NCBI GenBank assembly: GCA_903828145.1
Contig: CAIKKY010000030.1
Coordinates: forward strand, 49,658-113,657
Direction of reading: 5' to 3'
DNA from: an uncultured Hyphomicrobiales bacterium
Lineage (GTDB): Bacteria; Pseudomonadota; Alphaproteobacteria; Rhizobiales; Devosiaceae
DNA length: 64,000 bases
A model generated the notes under the pieces. It ran no database searches and was not told where the DNA came from. It was given only the letters and a program-made list of their open reading frames with translations. The number at the start of each line of letters is the position of its first letter. Position 1 is the first letter of the stretch. This document shows, one piece after another, positions 36,983 to 47,526 of the stretch. The position numbers were made by a program, and so were the translations under genes.

Positions 36983-38074
36983 CTAGCTGCTTTCCCCGAT
37001 AACGACGCCCGCCCGGTCGACCACCAGAATATCGACCTGCACCTTATCGCCGACCATGGCCGCAGCGCGGGTCCGCGCCAGCGCGGCAATGGGGGGCGCC
37101 ATCGCGATTCCCGCCGCTGAGGCGAGCGCGAGGGCCGCATTGGCCGACAGCGCACCGCGCACCCCATCGGCAAGCCGCGTATCACCGCCGAGGCGCTCGA
37201 CCAGTTGCCCCAGCGCATCGAGATCAACCTGTGAGCGGCCTGAATGGAGATCCATGGCCCCCTGCGCCAGCTTGCTGAGCTTGCCGAACCCCCCGGCAAT
37301 GGTCACGCGCGGCACCGGGTGCGCCTTGAGATATTTGAGCAGTCCGCCCACGAAATCGCCCATATCGATATAGGATTCCATCGGCAGCCCGAGCCGCCGC
37401 ATCGCCGCCTGTTCAGAGAGGTCGCCGGTGGAGCCCACGACATGATCGAGCCCCATGGCGCGGGCTACATCGACGCCGCGATGGATCGAGTGAATCCAGG
37501 CCGAGCAGGAATACGGCACCACAATGCCGGTCGTGCCGAGGATCGACAGGCCACCGACAATGCCAAGGCGCGGGTTCCAGGTTTTTTCCGCAAGCCGCGC
37601 GCCGTCCCGCACGGCCAGGGTCAGCGCGAAATCGGGCGGTACGCCATGGGCTGCCGCGAGCTGGTCCACCACCTGCCGCATCATCTGGCGCGGCACCGGG
37701 TTGATGGCCGGTTCGCCCACCGCGATGGGCAGGCCGGGCCGTGTCACCATGCCCACGCCTTCGCCGGCCTGGAAGGTGAGGCCCGACCCGGGCGGGGCGG
37801 GAGCGATTCGCGCAAGAACCAGCGCCCCGTGCGTCACATCGGGGTCGTCACCAGCATCCTTGATAATTCCCGCTTCGGCCCAGCCCGACCCCTGCCGTTC
37901 CTCGGCCAAGGCAAAGTCCACGGCCTGTCCGCCGGGCAGGGTGATGGTCACCGGATCGGGAAAGCCGTCACCCAAAAGGGCCGAGAGCGCGGCGCGCGTG
38001 GCGGCAGTGGCGCAGGCGCCCGTGGTCCAGCCCCGCCTTAGCACCTTGCTCTCAGCCGAAAAATCATCGCTCAT
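36983..38074 (-). CDS. cbiD: Cobalt-precorrin-5B C1-methyltransferase
   Basis: LRRGWTTGACA, KDAGDDPDVTHG, AINPVPR and GGLSILGTTG motifs. Confidence 0.96.
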   Translation of the reverse strand: MSDDFSAESKVLRRGWTTGACATAATRAALSALLGDGFPDPVTITLPGGQAVDFALAEERQGSGWAEAGIIKDAGDDPDVTHGALVLARIAPAPPGSGLTFQAGEGVGMVTRPGLPIAVGEPAINPVPRQMMRQVVDQLAAAHGVPPDFALTLAVRDGARLAEKTWNPRLGIVGGLSILGTTGIVVPYSCSAWIHSIHRGVDVARAMGLDHVVGSTGDLSEQAAMRRLGLPMESYIDMGDFVGGLLKYLKAHPVPRVTIAGGFGKLSKLAQGAMDLHSGRSQVDLDALGQLVERLGGDTRLADGVRGALSANAALALASAAGIAMAPPIAALARTRAAAMVGDKVQVDILVVDRAGVVIGESS

Positions 38075-38104
38075 GCACCCTCTATACGCGCTTGGAGCCT
38101 TTCG

Positions 38105-39385
38105 ATGAACGGTCTCGTCATCGCTGCCCCCATGACAGGTTCAGGCAAGACCCTCGTCACGCTGGGTCTGGCCCGAGCGCTGACGCGCCAGGGGCTTCGG
38201 GTGCAGCCGGCGAAAGCCGGTCCCGATTACATCGATTCGCGCTTCCTCACCCGCGCCGCAGGGCGCGATGCGCTGACGCTCGATGCCTGGGCGATGGCGC
38301 CCGACCGCCTGCGCATGCTGGCCCAAGGCGATGATCTGTTGCTTGTGGAAGGGGTGATGGGTCTGTTCGATGGCGCGCGCGATGGCACCGGCTCCGCCGC
38401 CGATCTCGCTGAGGCGCTTGGTCTGCCGGTGGTGCTGGTGGTCAATGCCGAAAGTCAGGGCGCCTCGCTTGCCCCGCTGGTCCATGGCTTTCTGCGCTGG
38501 CGGCCGGGGCTCCAGTTTGGCGGGGTGATTCTCAACCGCGTTTCGACCACCCGGCAGGAAGCCCTGCTGCGCCAGGCGCTGAGCGCCACCGGCGTGCCGG
38601 TGCTGGGCGCTCTGCCCAAGCGCGATGCGCTGAAGGTGCCGAGCCGCCACCTCGGGCTCGTGTTGCCCGATGAACTGGACCACGAGACCCTGATTGATGC
38701 CGCCGCCGATCAGGTGGCGGCCTATATCGATCTTGCTGCGGTCCTGAGCCTCGTAAAGCCCGCCCAAGCCGCCCAGTCCGCCGCGCTCAGACTGCCGCCG
38801 CTCGGCCAGCGGATCGCCATTGCGCGTGATGACGCCTTTGCCTTTCTGTATGCCCACTGGCTGAGCGATTGGCGCGCAGCCGGTGCGGAGATCCACTTCT
38901 TTTCGCCCCTGGCCGACGAGCCCCCGCGAGACGCCGACGCGATTTTTCTGCCCGGCGGCTACCCCGAACTGCATGCAGGACGCCTCGCTCTGGCGATGCA
39001 GTTCAAACTGGGGCTCATTGCGGCGGCGGCCAGAGGCGCGCTGATCTATGGCGAATGCGGGGGCTTCATGGTTTTGGGCGAAACCCTGACCGATGCGTCG
39101 GGCACGCCGCATGCCATGGTGGGGCTCCTGCCGCATTCGACCAGCATCGCGCGCCCGCGCCGCACGCTGGGCTATCGGCGCCTTCGGCACGCCAGCCCGC
39201 TGCCGTTTCCGGCGCAGCTGAGCGGCCACGAATTCCATTATTCGAGTTCGGGCCCGGCCGGGGGTACACCGCTGTTTGCCGCAACCGATGCCTTGGGCGA
39301 GCCCATGGCGCCCATGGGGCTGGTTGAGGGCCGCATCATGGGGTCTTACGCCCATGTCATTGATCGGGCTACAACACCGCCATGA
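38105..39385 (+). CDS. cobB: Cobyrinate/hydrogenobyrinate a,c-diamide synthase
   Basis: [28 protein letters not shown] and GECGG motifs. Confidence 0.94.
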   Translation: MNGLVIAAPMTGSGKTLVTLGLARALTRQGLRVQPAKAGPDYIDSRFLTRAAGRDALTLDAWAMAPDRLRMLAQGDDLLLVEGVMGLFDGARDGTGSAADLAEALGLPVVLVVNAESQGASLAPLVHGFLRWRPGLQFGGVILNRVSTTRQEALLRQALSATGVPVLGALPKRDALKVPSRHLGLVLPDELDHETLIDAAADQVAAYIDLAAVLSLVKPAQAAQSAALRLPPLGQRIAIARDDAFAFLYAHWLSDWRAAGAEIHFFSPLADEPPRDADAIFLPGGYPELHAGRLALAMQFKLGLIAAAARGALIYGECGGFMVLGETLTDASGTPHAMVGLLPHSTSIARPRRTLGYRRLRHASPLPFPAQLSGHEFHYSSSGPAGGTPLFAATDALGEPMAPMGLVEGRIMGSYAHVIDRATTPP

Positions 39386-40830
39386 CAGCGCGTTCACTCA
39401 TGGTCATGGGCACCGGCTCCGATGTCGGCAAATCGGTGCTGGTGGCGGGGCTCTGCCGCGCCTTCGCCAACCGCGGCTTGCGTGTTGCGCCGATGAAACC
39501 GCAAAACATGTCGAACAACGCCGCCGTCACGGTCGATGGCGGCGAAATCGGTCGTGCTCAGGCCCTGCAGGCCCGCGCGGCGCGGCGCGATCCGATCACC
39601 GCCATGAACCCGGTGCTGCTGAAACCCGAACAGGAAACCGGGGCGCAGGTGGTCGTGCGCGGCCAGCGCGTCGCCTCTATGCCGGCCCGCGAATATTGGG
39701 CCCGGCGCGGCGAGTACCTGCCCGAAGTCATGGCCGCCTATCACGAACTGGCGGAGACTGCGGACCTGATTCTCGTGGAAGGGGCGGGTAGCGCCTCGGA
39801 GGTCAATCTGCGCGCCAATGATATTGCCAATTTTGGTTTTGCCCGCGCCGCCAACCTGCCGGTTCTGCTTGTGGGCGATATTGAGCGGGGCGGGGTGATT
39901 GCCGCGCTGGTGGGCACATTCAGCGTCATCGACCCCGAGGATGCCGCGCTGATCGCCGCGACCCTCGTCAACAAATTTCGCGGCGACCCGGCGCTGTTTG
40001 TCGAAGGCCGCGCGTTCATTGCGCACCGCACCGGCGTGCCGTGCCTCGGTCCCGTGCCCTATTTTGCCGAAGCGCGCGATCTCCCGGCTGAAGATGTGCT
40101 GGCGTTGTCGGCCCTCAGCACACGGCCTGAGCCAGGGCAGGTCCGCATTGTGGTGCCGCGCCTGCCGCGCATCGCCAATTTCGATGATCTCGATCCGCTG
40201 CGGCTTGAACCCGGCGTTTCGGTTGAAATCGTGAATCACGGCCAGGCCTTGCCCGAGGCCGATCTCATCGTGCTGCCGGGGTCGAAAGCGACGCGCGCCG
40301 ATCTCGCCGCGCTGCGCGAGGCGGGGTGGGACATTGATATTCTCGCCCACCACCGGCGCGGCGGGCGGGTTCTGGGCATTTGCGGCGGCTATCAGATGCT
40401 GGGCCGCTCGGTGGCTGACCCTGAGGGACTTGAAGGTGCTCCCGGCACATCGGCTGGGCTCGGGCTGCTTGATGTGACAACAACGCTGGGCCCGACCAAG
40501 CAATTGCGGCTTGAAGCGGCACGATCGAGCCTCACCGGCGATCCGCTCACCGGTTATCACATGCATATGGGCGAGACTGACGGTGCAGACCGTGCGCGCC
40601 CCTTTGCCCGGGTTGCCGGCGAGCCCGAAGGGGCTCTGTCGCCCGATGGGCGAGTGATGGGCACCTATCTGCACGGCCTCTTCGCCGCTGACGCGTTCCG
40701 CCGCCGGTTCATCGGGCTGCCGCCGGGCGATCTCAATTATGACGCGCATATCGATGCGATCCTTGATCGATTGGCCGACCATCTCGAGGCCCATCTCGAT
40801 CTCGATCACCTGCTGGGCATGGCCCGATAA
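39382..40830 (+). CDS. cobQ: Cobyric acid synthase
   Basis: [32 protein letters not shown] and GTYLHG motifs. Confidence 0.96.
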   Translation: MTARSLMVMGTGSDVGKSVLVAGLCRAFANRGLRVAPMKPQNMSNNAAVTVDGGEIGRAQALQARAARRDPITAMNPVLLKPEQETGAQVVVRGQRVASMPAREYWARRGEYLPEVMAAYHELAETADLILVEGAGSASEVNLRANDIANFGFARAANLPVLLVGDIERGGVIAALVGTFSVIDPEDAALIAATLVNKFRGDPALFVEGRAFIAHRTGVPCLGPVPYFAEARDLPAEDVLALSALSTRPEPGQVRIVVPRLPRIANFDDLDPLRLEPGVSVEIVNHGQALPEADLIVLPGSKATRADLAALREAGWDIDILAHHRRGGRVLGICGGYQMLGRSVADPEGLEGAPGTSAGLGLLDVTTTLGPTKQLRLEAARSSLTGDPLTGYHMHMGETDGADRARPFARVAGEPEGALSPDGRVMGTYLHGLFAADAFRRRFIGLPPGDLNYDAHIDAILDRLADHLEAHLDLDHLLGMAR

Positions 40831-41792
40831 TGGGGGTTGTAATGCACCTTGTGCTGGCGCCGCTGGCGCTGCTTTTCGACCGGCTGCTCGGGTATCCCGA
40901 TGCGCTGGTGCAGCGCCTGTCGCACCCGGTCATCCTGATGGGAAAGCTGCTGTCGGCGCTCGAAACCCGGCTCAATCGCGGTGAAAATCGCCGGATGAAG
41001 GGAGTGGTGACGCTTGTTGTGCTCGCTCTTGCCAGCATGCTGGTCGCGGGGCTCATCACGCTTGTGTGCCGCCTGCTGCCCTTCGGCCTGCTGCTCGAAG
41101 CGCTCGTGGCCTCATCGCTTCTGGCGCAGAAGGCCCTGGGCGATGCCGTGCGCCGCGTAGCCGGGGCGCTGCGCACCTCGCTCCCTGCCGGTCGCGAAGC
41201 GGTGAGCCATATTGTCGGCCGCGACCCCGACACTCTGGATGCGCCGGGTGTCGCCCGCGCGGCGATCGAGAGCCTTGCCGAATCCACTTCCGATGGCGTC
41301 ATCGCGCCGCTCTTCTGGCTCCTCATCGGCGGCCTGCCGGGGCTGGCGCTCTACAAGGCGGTGAACACCGCCGATTCCATGATCGGGCACAAGACCGAGC
41401 GCTATCTGGCTTTTGGCTGGGCCGCCGCGCGCTTCGATGACCTGCTGAACATCATTCCGGCGCGCCTCACCGCGCTGTTGACCGCGGCTGCGGCGCTCCT
41501 CACCCGGGGCGCCGATGCGGAACAGGCCTGGTCGTGCGCGCTCCGCGACGCCAGAAAACACGACTCGCCCAATGCCGGGTGGCCCGAAGCCGCCTTCGCC
41601 GGAGCGCTCGGGTTCAGGCTGGGCGGTCCGCGCCACTATGGCAGTGAAACCATTGATCTTCCGACCTTTGGTACGGGCCGCGCCGAGCTGGGGCCCGACG
41701 ATATCGATCGCGCTCTGCGGCTCTATACACAGGTGCTCAATGTCACCTTCGCGCTGGTGCTCGTGGGCGTCCTGATCGCCACGCGGTGGTGA
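40830..41792 (+). CDS. cobD: Adenosylcobinamide-phosphate synthase (CbiB)
   Basis: HPV, IVGRDP, AIESLAESTSDG, YKAVNTADSMIG and SPNAGWPEAA motifs. Confidence 0.94.
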   Translation: MGVVMHLVLAPLALLFDRLLGYPDALVQRLSHPVILMGKLLSALETRLNRGENRRMKGVVTLVVLALASMLVAGLITLVCRLLPFGLLLEALVASSLLAQKALGDAVRRVAGALRTSLPAGREAVSHIVGRDPDTLDAPGVARAAIESLAESTSDGVIAPLFWLLIGGLPGLALYKAVNTADSMIGHKTERYLAFGWAAARFDDLLNIIPARLTALLTAAAALLTRGADAEQAWSCALRDARKHDSPNAGWPEAAFAGALGFRLGGPRHYGSETIDLPTFGTGRAELGPDDIDRALRLYTQVLNVTFALVLVGVLIATRW

Positions 41793-41795
41793 ACT

Positions 41796-42323
41796 TTAAA
41801 GCGCCGGCGGGGTGCCTTTGAGCACCAGCGGCAACCCGGCGACGATGAAATAGACATCCGGGCAGATGTCCGCGAGCCGCTGATGCGCCGCCCCGGCCAG
41901 ATCGCGGAACAGCCGGGCCATGGCGTTGTCGGGCACAATCCCAAGCCCCACCTCGTTCGAGACCAGAATCACCCGGGCCGTCTCGATATCGGCCAGCACG
42001 GCAATCAGATCATCAACCGCCCCTGCCACATTTTCATTGGCGATGATGAGGTTGGTGATCCACAGCGTGAGGCAATCCACCAGAATCGCATCATGCGTCC
42101 GCGCCGCCTCGCGCAGCCGTTCGGGCACCCTGAGGGGTTCCTCGAGTGTCACAAAGCGGGCCGGACGATTTTGCTGATGCGTGCGCACACGCTCCCGCAT
42201 GTCGTCATCCAGTGTTTCCGCCGTGGCAAGATAGGCCGGGTTTTGCCCCAGCCGGATCGTCAGACGCTCGGCAAAGCCGGTCTTGCCTGAGCGGGCACCG
42301 CCGAGAACCAGCACATGCGCCAT
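41796..42323 (-). CDS. cobU: Adenosylcobinamide kinase/phosphate guanylyltransferase (CobU/CobP)
   Basis: LGGARSGKT, HQQNR, VDCLTLW and VSNEVGLG motifs. Confidence 0.95.
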   Translation of the reverse strand: MAHVLVLGGARSGKTGFAERLTIRLGQNPAYLATAETLDDDMRERVRTHQQNRPARFVTLEEPLRVPERLREAARTHDAILVDCLTLWITNLIIANENVAGAVDDLIAVLADIETARVILVSNEVGLGIVPDNAMARLFRDLAGAAHQRLADICPDVYFIVAGLPLVLKGTPPAL

Positions 42324-42509
42324 TTCAATCTCCGGGCTGAATGGGGTCTACGTGCCCACCATCTGGCACATAGGAGACATGTCGGGATCATGCTTTCCTT
42401 TGCCATCCCGGCGCTTATTCTACTTTCGTATAGATGTCATTGGCATTATTGTCCGCGCGCCCTCGGAACTCTATTCGCGTCCGGTGGCCTGATTTCGGAG
42501 TGCTGAGGC

Positions 42510-43442
42510 GTGGCGAAATATTTCCTGGGCGTCGATGGCGGAGGCACCAATTGCCGTATCCGCCTTGCTGACGAAAACCTGACGACCCTGGCCGATGCGG
42601 CCGGTGGCCGCTCGAACCTGCAGATCGAACGGGGCGAACCCGCCTATCGCTCGATCATGGATGGCACGCGCGAGGTCTTTCAAAAGGCCGGGCTCGATTT
42701 TGCCGAGACGCGCAACACCTTCGCCTGCTTCGGCATGGCGGGTGGTCGGCTCCCGTCGGCGCGCGATGAATTCGCAGCGCGGGCCTGGCCCTTTGCCGGG
42801 GTGCAGGTCTTTGATGATATCGATATCGCCCGCGCTGGTGCCCATGGCGGCGACGATGGCGCGGTGATCATTGTCGGCACCGGCTCCGCTGCCATGGCCA
42901 TGCAGAATGGCGTGCGCCACCAGTGCGGCGGCTGGGGTTTCCATATCGGCGACCAGATGTCCGGTGCGATTCTGGGGCGCGAGCTGGTTCGCCGCTCGGT
43001 TGACGCCGCCGATGGACTGCAATCGGCCTCGCCCCTAACCGAAGCCGTGATCGAACGCCTTGGTGGTTCGGTGGATGCGGTGATGAACTGGTCGTTCCCC
43101 AAAGACCCAAGGCCGCCCCTTGAGGCCGGAAACGCCACAGCGACCAGCACGCTGCTCGGTCGGGCCCCTGCCGAATTCGGCGCGCTGATCCCGCTGTTTT
43201 TCGATTTTTATGAACAGGGCGATCCGGTGGCCGTTGAGCTTATGGCCATCGAACTTGGCTATATCGATACCTATGTGCGCTGGTTCAAAGCCCGGGGGGT
43301 GGGCCGCATGGCCGCCGTCGGCGGTTTTGGTACCCGCCTCTATCCCCTGATGATGCAGCGCTACGGCGATTTCATTGTCCGGCCCGTGCACGAACCGCTG
43401 CATGGCGCTGTCATTCTTGCAAAGCAGATATTTTCCCCATGA
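42510..43442 (+). CDS. BadF/BadG/BcrA/BcrD-type sugar kinase (N-acetylglucosamine kinase-like)
   Basis: GVDGGGT, AHGG-DGAVIIVGTGS and GGWGFHIGDQMSG motifs. Confidence 0.85.
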   Translation: MAKYFLGVDGGGTNCRIRLADENLTTLADAAGGRSNLQIERGEPAYRSIMDGTREVFQKAGLDFAETRNTFACFGMAGGRLPSARDEFAARAWPFAGVQVFDDIDIARAGAHGGDDGAVIIVGTGSAAMAMQNGVRHQCGGWGFHIGDQMSGAILGRELVRRSVDAADGLQSASPLTEAVIERLGGSVDAVMNWSFPKDPRPPLEAGNATATSTLLGRAPAEFGALIPLFFDFYEQGDPVAVELMAIELGYIDTYVRWFKARGVGRMAAVGGFGTRLYPLMMQRYGDFIVRPVHEPLHGAVILAKQIFSP

Positions 43443-44950
43443 CGTATCACGACCGGAGCCTGAAGAGCGTGTCCAGCCGTATCATCCCTGTCCAGCCGTT
43501 TGACTACGTGGTGTTTGGTGCGACCGGCGACCTGACCAAGCGTAAGCTGATCCCGGCGCTGTACCATCGGTTCAAAGATGGCCAGTTCGATGACCAGAGC
43601 CGTATCATCGGCGTGTCGCGCACGCGGCTCGATGACGCTGCGTTCCAGAAGCTGGTGCATGACTCGATCCACCAGTTCGTGGAGGCCGAGTATCGCGACG
43701 ACGCGACCATCGCGACCTTTGTGTCCTGCTGTTCCTATGTGACCAATGACGTGGCCGACGAGAGCCGATGGGGCGATCTCGGCGCCAAGCTGCGCGACGA
43801 CCCCAATGTGGTGCGCGCCTTTTACATGGCCATTGCGCCCGACCTGTTCGGGCCGACCTGCGACTACATCAAGGCGCGCGGCTACTACCGCCGCGACGCG
43901 CGTGTCGTCATTGAAAAGCCGCTGGGGCACGATCTCGCGTCGTCGATCATGATCAATGATTCCGTCAGCCGGATTTTCGAGGAAGATCAGGTCTACCGGA
44001 TCGACCACTACCTCGGCAAAGAGACGGTGCAGAACCTGTTGGCGCTGCGCTTTGCCAATGTGCTGTTCGAACCGATCTGGAATTCAGCCCACATCGACCA
44101 TGTGCAGATCACCGTGGCCGAATCCGTGGGCGCAGGTACGCGCGGCTATTACGATGAATCCGGCGCGCTGCGCGATATGGTGCAGAACCACATCCTGCAG
44201 CTCCTCTGCCTCGTGGCGATGGAACCCCCGGCCTCCGATGCCGCCAATGCGCTGCGCGATGAAAAGCTGAAGGTGTTGCGCTCCCTGAAGCCGATTGTCG
44301 GCCCAGATGTGCAAAAGCTCACCGTGCGCGGCCAGTACCGCAATGGCAGCGCCGAGGGCGCGACCGTTTCGGCCTATCAGGAAGAATTGCCCGAGGACAA
44401 GAAGGGCAGCCGCACCGAGACCTTCGTCGCCATCAAGGCCGAAATCGCCAACTGGCGCTGGGCCAATGTGCCGTTCTACATCCGCACCGGCAAGCGGCTC
44501 GCCACCCGCGCGTCCGAGATCGTCATCCAGTTCCGGCCCATCCCGCATTCGATCTTCAACCATGCCGAAGGCGCGCCGCGCCCCAACCGGCTGGTGATCC
44601 GCATTCAGCCCGACGAGGGCGTGAAGCTGTTCCTGATGATCAAGGACCCGGGGCCGGGCGGCATGCGGCTGCGCGAAGTGCCGCTCAACCTCAGCTTTGC
44701 CGAGACCTTCACCGAGCGCACGCCCGAAGCCTATGAGCGGCTCTTGCTCGATGTGGTGCGGGGCCAGCAGACGCTGTTCATGCGCCGCGACGAGCTTGAG
44801 GCCGCCTGGGAATGGATCGACCCCATCCGTATGGGGTGGGATGGTGCACCCGATCTGCCGCAGCCCTATACTGCCGGGACCTGGGGCCCAACCGGCGCCA
44901 TTGCGCTCATTGAGCGTGATGGCCGCACCTGGCATGAGGATGGCCATTGA
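43439..44950 (+). CDS. zwf: Glucose-6-phosphate 1-dehydrogenase
   Basis: GATGDLTKRK, EKPLG, RIDHYLGKE and YIRTGKR motifs; alternative GTG start at 43469. Confidence 0.97.
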   Translation: MTYHDRSLKSVSSRIIPVQPFDYVVFGATGDLTKRKLIPALYHRFKDGQFDDQSRIIGVSRTRLDDAAFQKLVHDSIHQFVEAEYRDDATIATFVSCCSYVTNDVADESRWGDLGAKLRDDPNVVRAFYMAIAPDLFGPTCDYIKARGYYRRDARVVIEKPLGHDLASSIMINDSVSRIFEEDQVYRIDHYLGKETVQNLLALRFANVLFEPIWNSAHIDHVQITVAESVGAGTRGYYDESGALRDMVQNHILQLLCLVAMEPPASDAANALRDEKLKVLRSLKPIVGPDVQKLTVRGQYRNGSAEGATVSAYQEELPEDKKGSRTETFVAIKAEIANWRWANVPFYIRTGKRLATRASEIVIQFRPIPHSIFNHAEGAPRPNRLVIRIQPDEGVKLFLMIKDPGPGGMRLREVPLNLSFAETFTERTPEAYERLLLDVVRGQQTLFMRRDELEAAWEWIDPIRMGWDGAPDLPQPYTAGTWGPTGAIALIERDGRTWHEDGH

Positions 44951-45642
44951 CCAGTCGCCGTAGCTTCGAAACCCGCGAAGATCTCGCACTCGCCCTTGCC
45001 GGCGCAGTGGCGGAAAACCTGGCCGATGGCATTGCCGAGCGCGGGCTCGCGGTGCTGGCCGTCTCTGGCGGTTCCACCCCGGCCCGGTTCTTTTCGGTGC
45101 TGGGGCGCCGTAAGGATATTGATTGGACCAAGGTCGCCGTGACCCTGGTCGATGAACGTTGGGTGCCCGAAACCTCGCAGCGCTCCAATGCGGCGCTCGT
45201 CAACGAGCGTCTGCTGCAGGGCCCGGCCGCGTCAGCCCGGTTCATCCCGCTTTATGCCGGGGGCGAAGCGCCCGATGCGGCCGCGCTGGCCCGAGCGGCG
45301 ATCCAGATCAATGCGCTGCCGCGTCCCTTTGATGCGGTGATCCTGGGCATGGGCACCGATGGCCATACGGCCAGCTTTTTCCCCGGCGGCGATACGCTCG
45401 CTGCGGCGCTGAGCGAGGACGGCCCCCTGATCGGGATCACCGCGCCCGGCGCCGGGGAACCGCGCGTGACCTTTGTGCTCAAGCGCCTGCTCGAGACCCG
45501 TGGGCTCTATCTGCATATCGAAGGGGCGGACAAAGCCACGGTGCTCGAACAGGCCACAGCCGAGGGGCCGGTGGCCGATATGCCGATCCGCGCCGTCCTC
45601 AAGCAGACTGCGACCCCGCTGACTATTTTCTGGAGCCCCTGA
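44947..45642 (+). CDS. pgl: 6-phosphogluconolactonase
   Basis: SGGSTP, VDERWV and GMGTDGHTASFFP motifs. Confidence 0.95.
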   Translation: MTSRRSFETREDLALALAGAVAENLADGIAERGLAVLAVSGGSTPARFFSVLGRRKDIDWTKVAVTLVDERWVPETSQRSNAALVNERLLQGPAASARFIPLYAGGEAPDAAALARAAIQINALPRPFDAVILGMGTDGHTASFFPGGDTLAAALSEDGPLIGITAPGAGEPRVTFVLKRLLETRGLYLHIEGADKATVLEQATAEGPVADMPIRAVLKQTATPLTIFWSP

Positions 45643-45693
45643 GCCCTCCGGGCGCTCATGACGTTAAGCGGCTGCCAGCCGAGGAGTGAAACC

Positions 45694-47508
45694 ATGTCCG
45701 TCACCAGGATCGTGAAGGCCGTTACCGACCGGATCGCCGAGCGCAGCGCGAACACGCGCGGCGTCTATCTCGACCGCCTCGATGCGGCGCGCGAGAAGGG
45801 CGTCTACCGCTCCACGCTCTCCTGCGGCAACATTGCGCATGGTTTTGCGGCCTGTGCCCCCCTCGACAAGGCGCGGCTGGCGGGCGACGTGACCCCGAAC
45901 CTCGGGATCGTCACCTCCTACAATGATATGCTGAGCGCGCATCAGCCTTATTGGTCCTACCCCGATCTCATCAAGGACGCAGCGCGGGAACTCGGCGGCA
46001 CGGCGCAGGTCGCGGGCGGCGTTCCGGCCATGTGCGATGGCGTGACCCAGGGCCAGCCCGGCATGGACCTGTCGCTGTTCTCGCGCGATGTCATTGCCAT
46101 GGCGACGGCTGTTGCCTTGAGCCACAACATGTTTGATTCCGCGCTCTACCTCGGCATCTGCGACAAGATCGTGCCCGGCCTGATGATCGGTGCGCTCACT
46201 TTCGGGCATCTGCCCGCGATTTTCGTCCCGGCCGGGCCGATGACCTCGGGCATTCCCAATGATGAGAAATCGCGCATCCGCCAGCTCTATGCCGAGGGCA
46301 AGGTGGGCCGCGCCGAACTGCTCGATGCGGAGTCGCGCTCCTACCATTCGCCGGGCACCTGCACCTTCTATGGCACGGCTAACTCCAACCAGATGCTCAT
46401 GGAAATCATGGGCCTGCACCTGCCGGGTGCCAGCTTCGTGAACCCGGGCACGCCGCTGCGCGACGCCTTGACGCGAGCAGCGACGCGCCGGGCGCTCGAG
46501 ATTACCGCGCTCGGCAATGAATACACGCCCATCGGCCACATCGTGAACGAGAAGGTCGTGGTGAACGGGCTTGTCGGGTTGCTGGCAACGGGCGGCTCGA
46601 CCAACCACACCATGCACCTCGTGGCCATTGCCCGCGCGGCAGGGATCAATGTGACCTGGCAGGATATGTCGGACCTCTCCGATGTCGTGCCGCTGCTCTC
46701 GCGCGTCTATCCCAATGGGGTGGCCGACGTGAACCATTTCCACGCCGCAGGCGGCATGGGCTTTCTCATCCGCGAACTGCTCGAGGCGGGTTACCTGCAT
46801 GAAGACGTTCGCACCGTCTGGGGCGACGGGCTGTCGCGCTACACGGTTGAAGCGAGGCTGCAGGACGGCGGTCTCGCCTTCGAGCCCGCACCGGCCCAAT
46901 CGGGCAATCCCAAGGTGCTGGCGCCGGTGAAAGACGCTTTCTCGCAAAATGGCGGGCTCAAGCTGCTGAAGGGCAATCTCGGCCAATCGGTGATCAAGGT
47001 CTCCGCGGTCAAAGCCGAGAACCGGGTGATCGAGGCCAAGGCGCGCGTCTTCCATACACAGGATGCGCTACAGGCCGCATTCAAGGCCGGCACGCTGAAT
47101 TCAGACGTGATTGCGGTTGTCCGCTTCCAGGGGCCCAGGTCCGTGGGCATGCCCGAGCTGCATAAGCTCACCCCGCAACTGAGCATTCTTCTCGATCGCG
47201 GCTTCAAGGTGGCGCTCATCACCGATGGCCGCATGTCGGGCGCCTCGGGCAAGGTGCCCGCCGCGATCCATATGACGCCGGAAGCCAAGGACGGCGGCCC
47301 GATTGCCAAAATCCGCGACGGCGACCTGATCCGGCTCGATGCCGATAAGGGCACGCTCGACTATCTGGGTGATTTGGCCGAGTTCATGGCCCGTCCTGCC
47401 GCCACCGAGGACCTTACGTCCTCGCATTTCGGCATGGGCCGCGAACTGTTCGAAGGCTTCCGCGCGCTGGTGGGCACCGCCGATACCGGCGCCAGCGTCT
47501 TTGGCTGA
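45694..47508 (+). CDS. edd: Phosphogluconate dehydratase
   Basis: [30 protein letters not shown] and GMPELHKL motifs. Confidence 0.97.
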   Translation: MSVTRIVKAVTDRIAERSANTRGVYLDRLDAAREKGVYRSTLSCGNIAHGFAACAPLDKARLAGDVTPNLGIVTSYNDMLSAHQPYWSYPDLIKDAARELGGTAQVAGGVPAMCDGVTQGQPGMDLSLFSRDVIAMATAVALSHNMFDSALYLGICDKIVPGLMIGALTFGHLPAIFVPAGPMTSGIPNDEKSRIRQLYAEGKVGRAELLDAESRSYHSPGTCTFYGTANSNQMLMEIMGLHLPGASFVNPGTPLRDALTRAATRRALEITALGNEYTPIGHIVNEKVVVNGLVGLLATGGSTNHTMHLVAIARAAGINVTWQDMSDLSDVVPLLSRVYPNGVADVNHFHAAGGMGFLIRELLEAGYLHEDVRTVWGDGLSRYTVEARLQDGGLAFEPAPAQSGNPKVLAPVKDAFSQNGGLKLLKGNLGQSVIKVSAVKAENRVIEAKARVFHTQDALQAAFKAGTLNSDVIAVVRFQGPRSVGMPELHKLTPQLSILLDRGFKVALITDGRMSGASGKVPAAIHMTPEAKDGGPIAKIRDGDLIRLDADKGTLDYLGDLAEFMARPAATEDLTSSHFGMGRELFEGFRALVGTADTGASVFG

Positions 47509-47526
47509 GGGGGGCGACCGGGGGCG

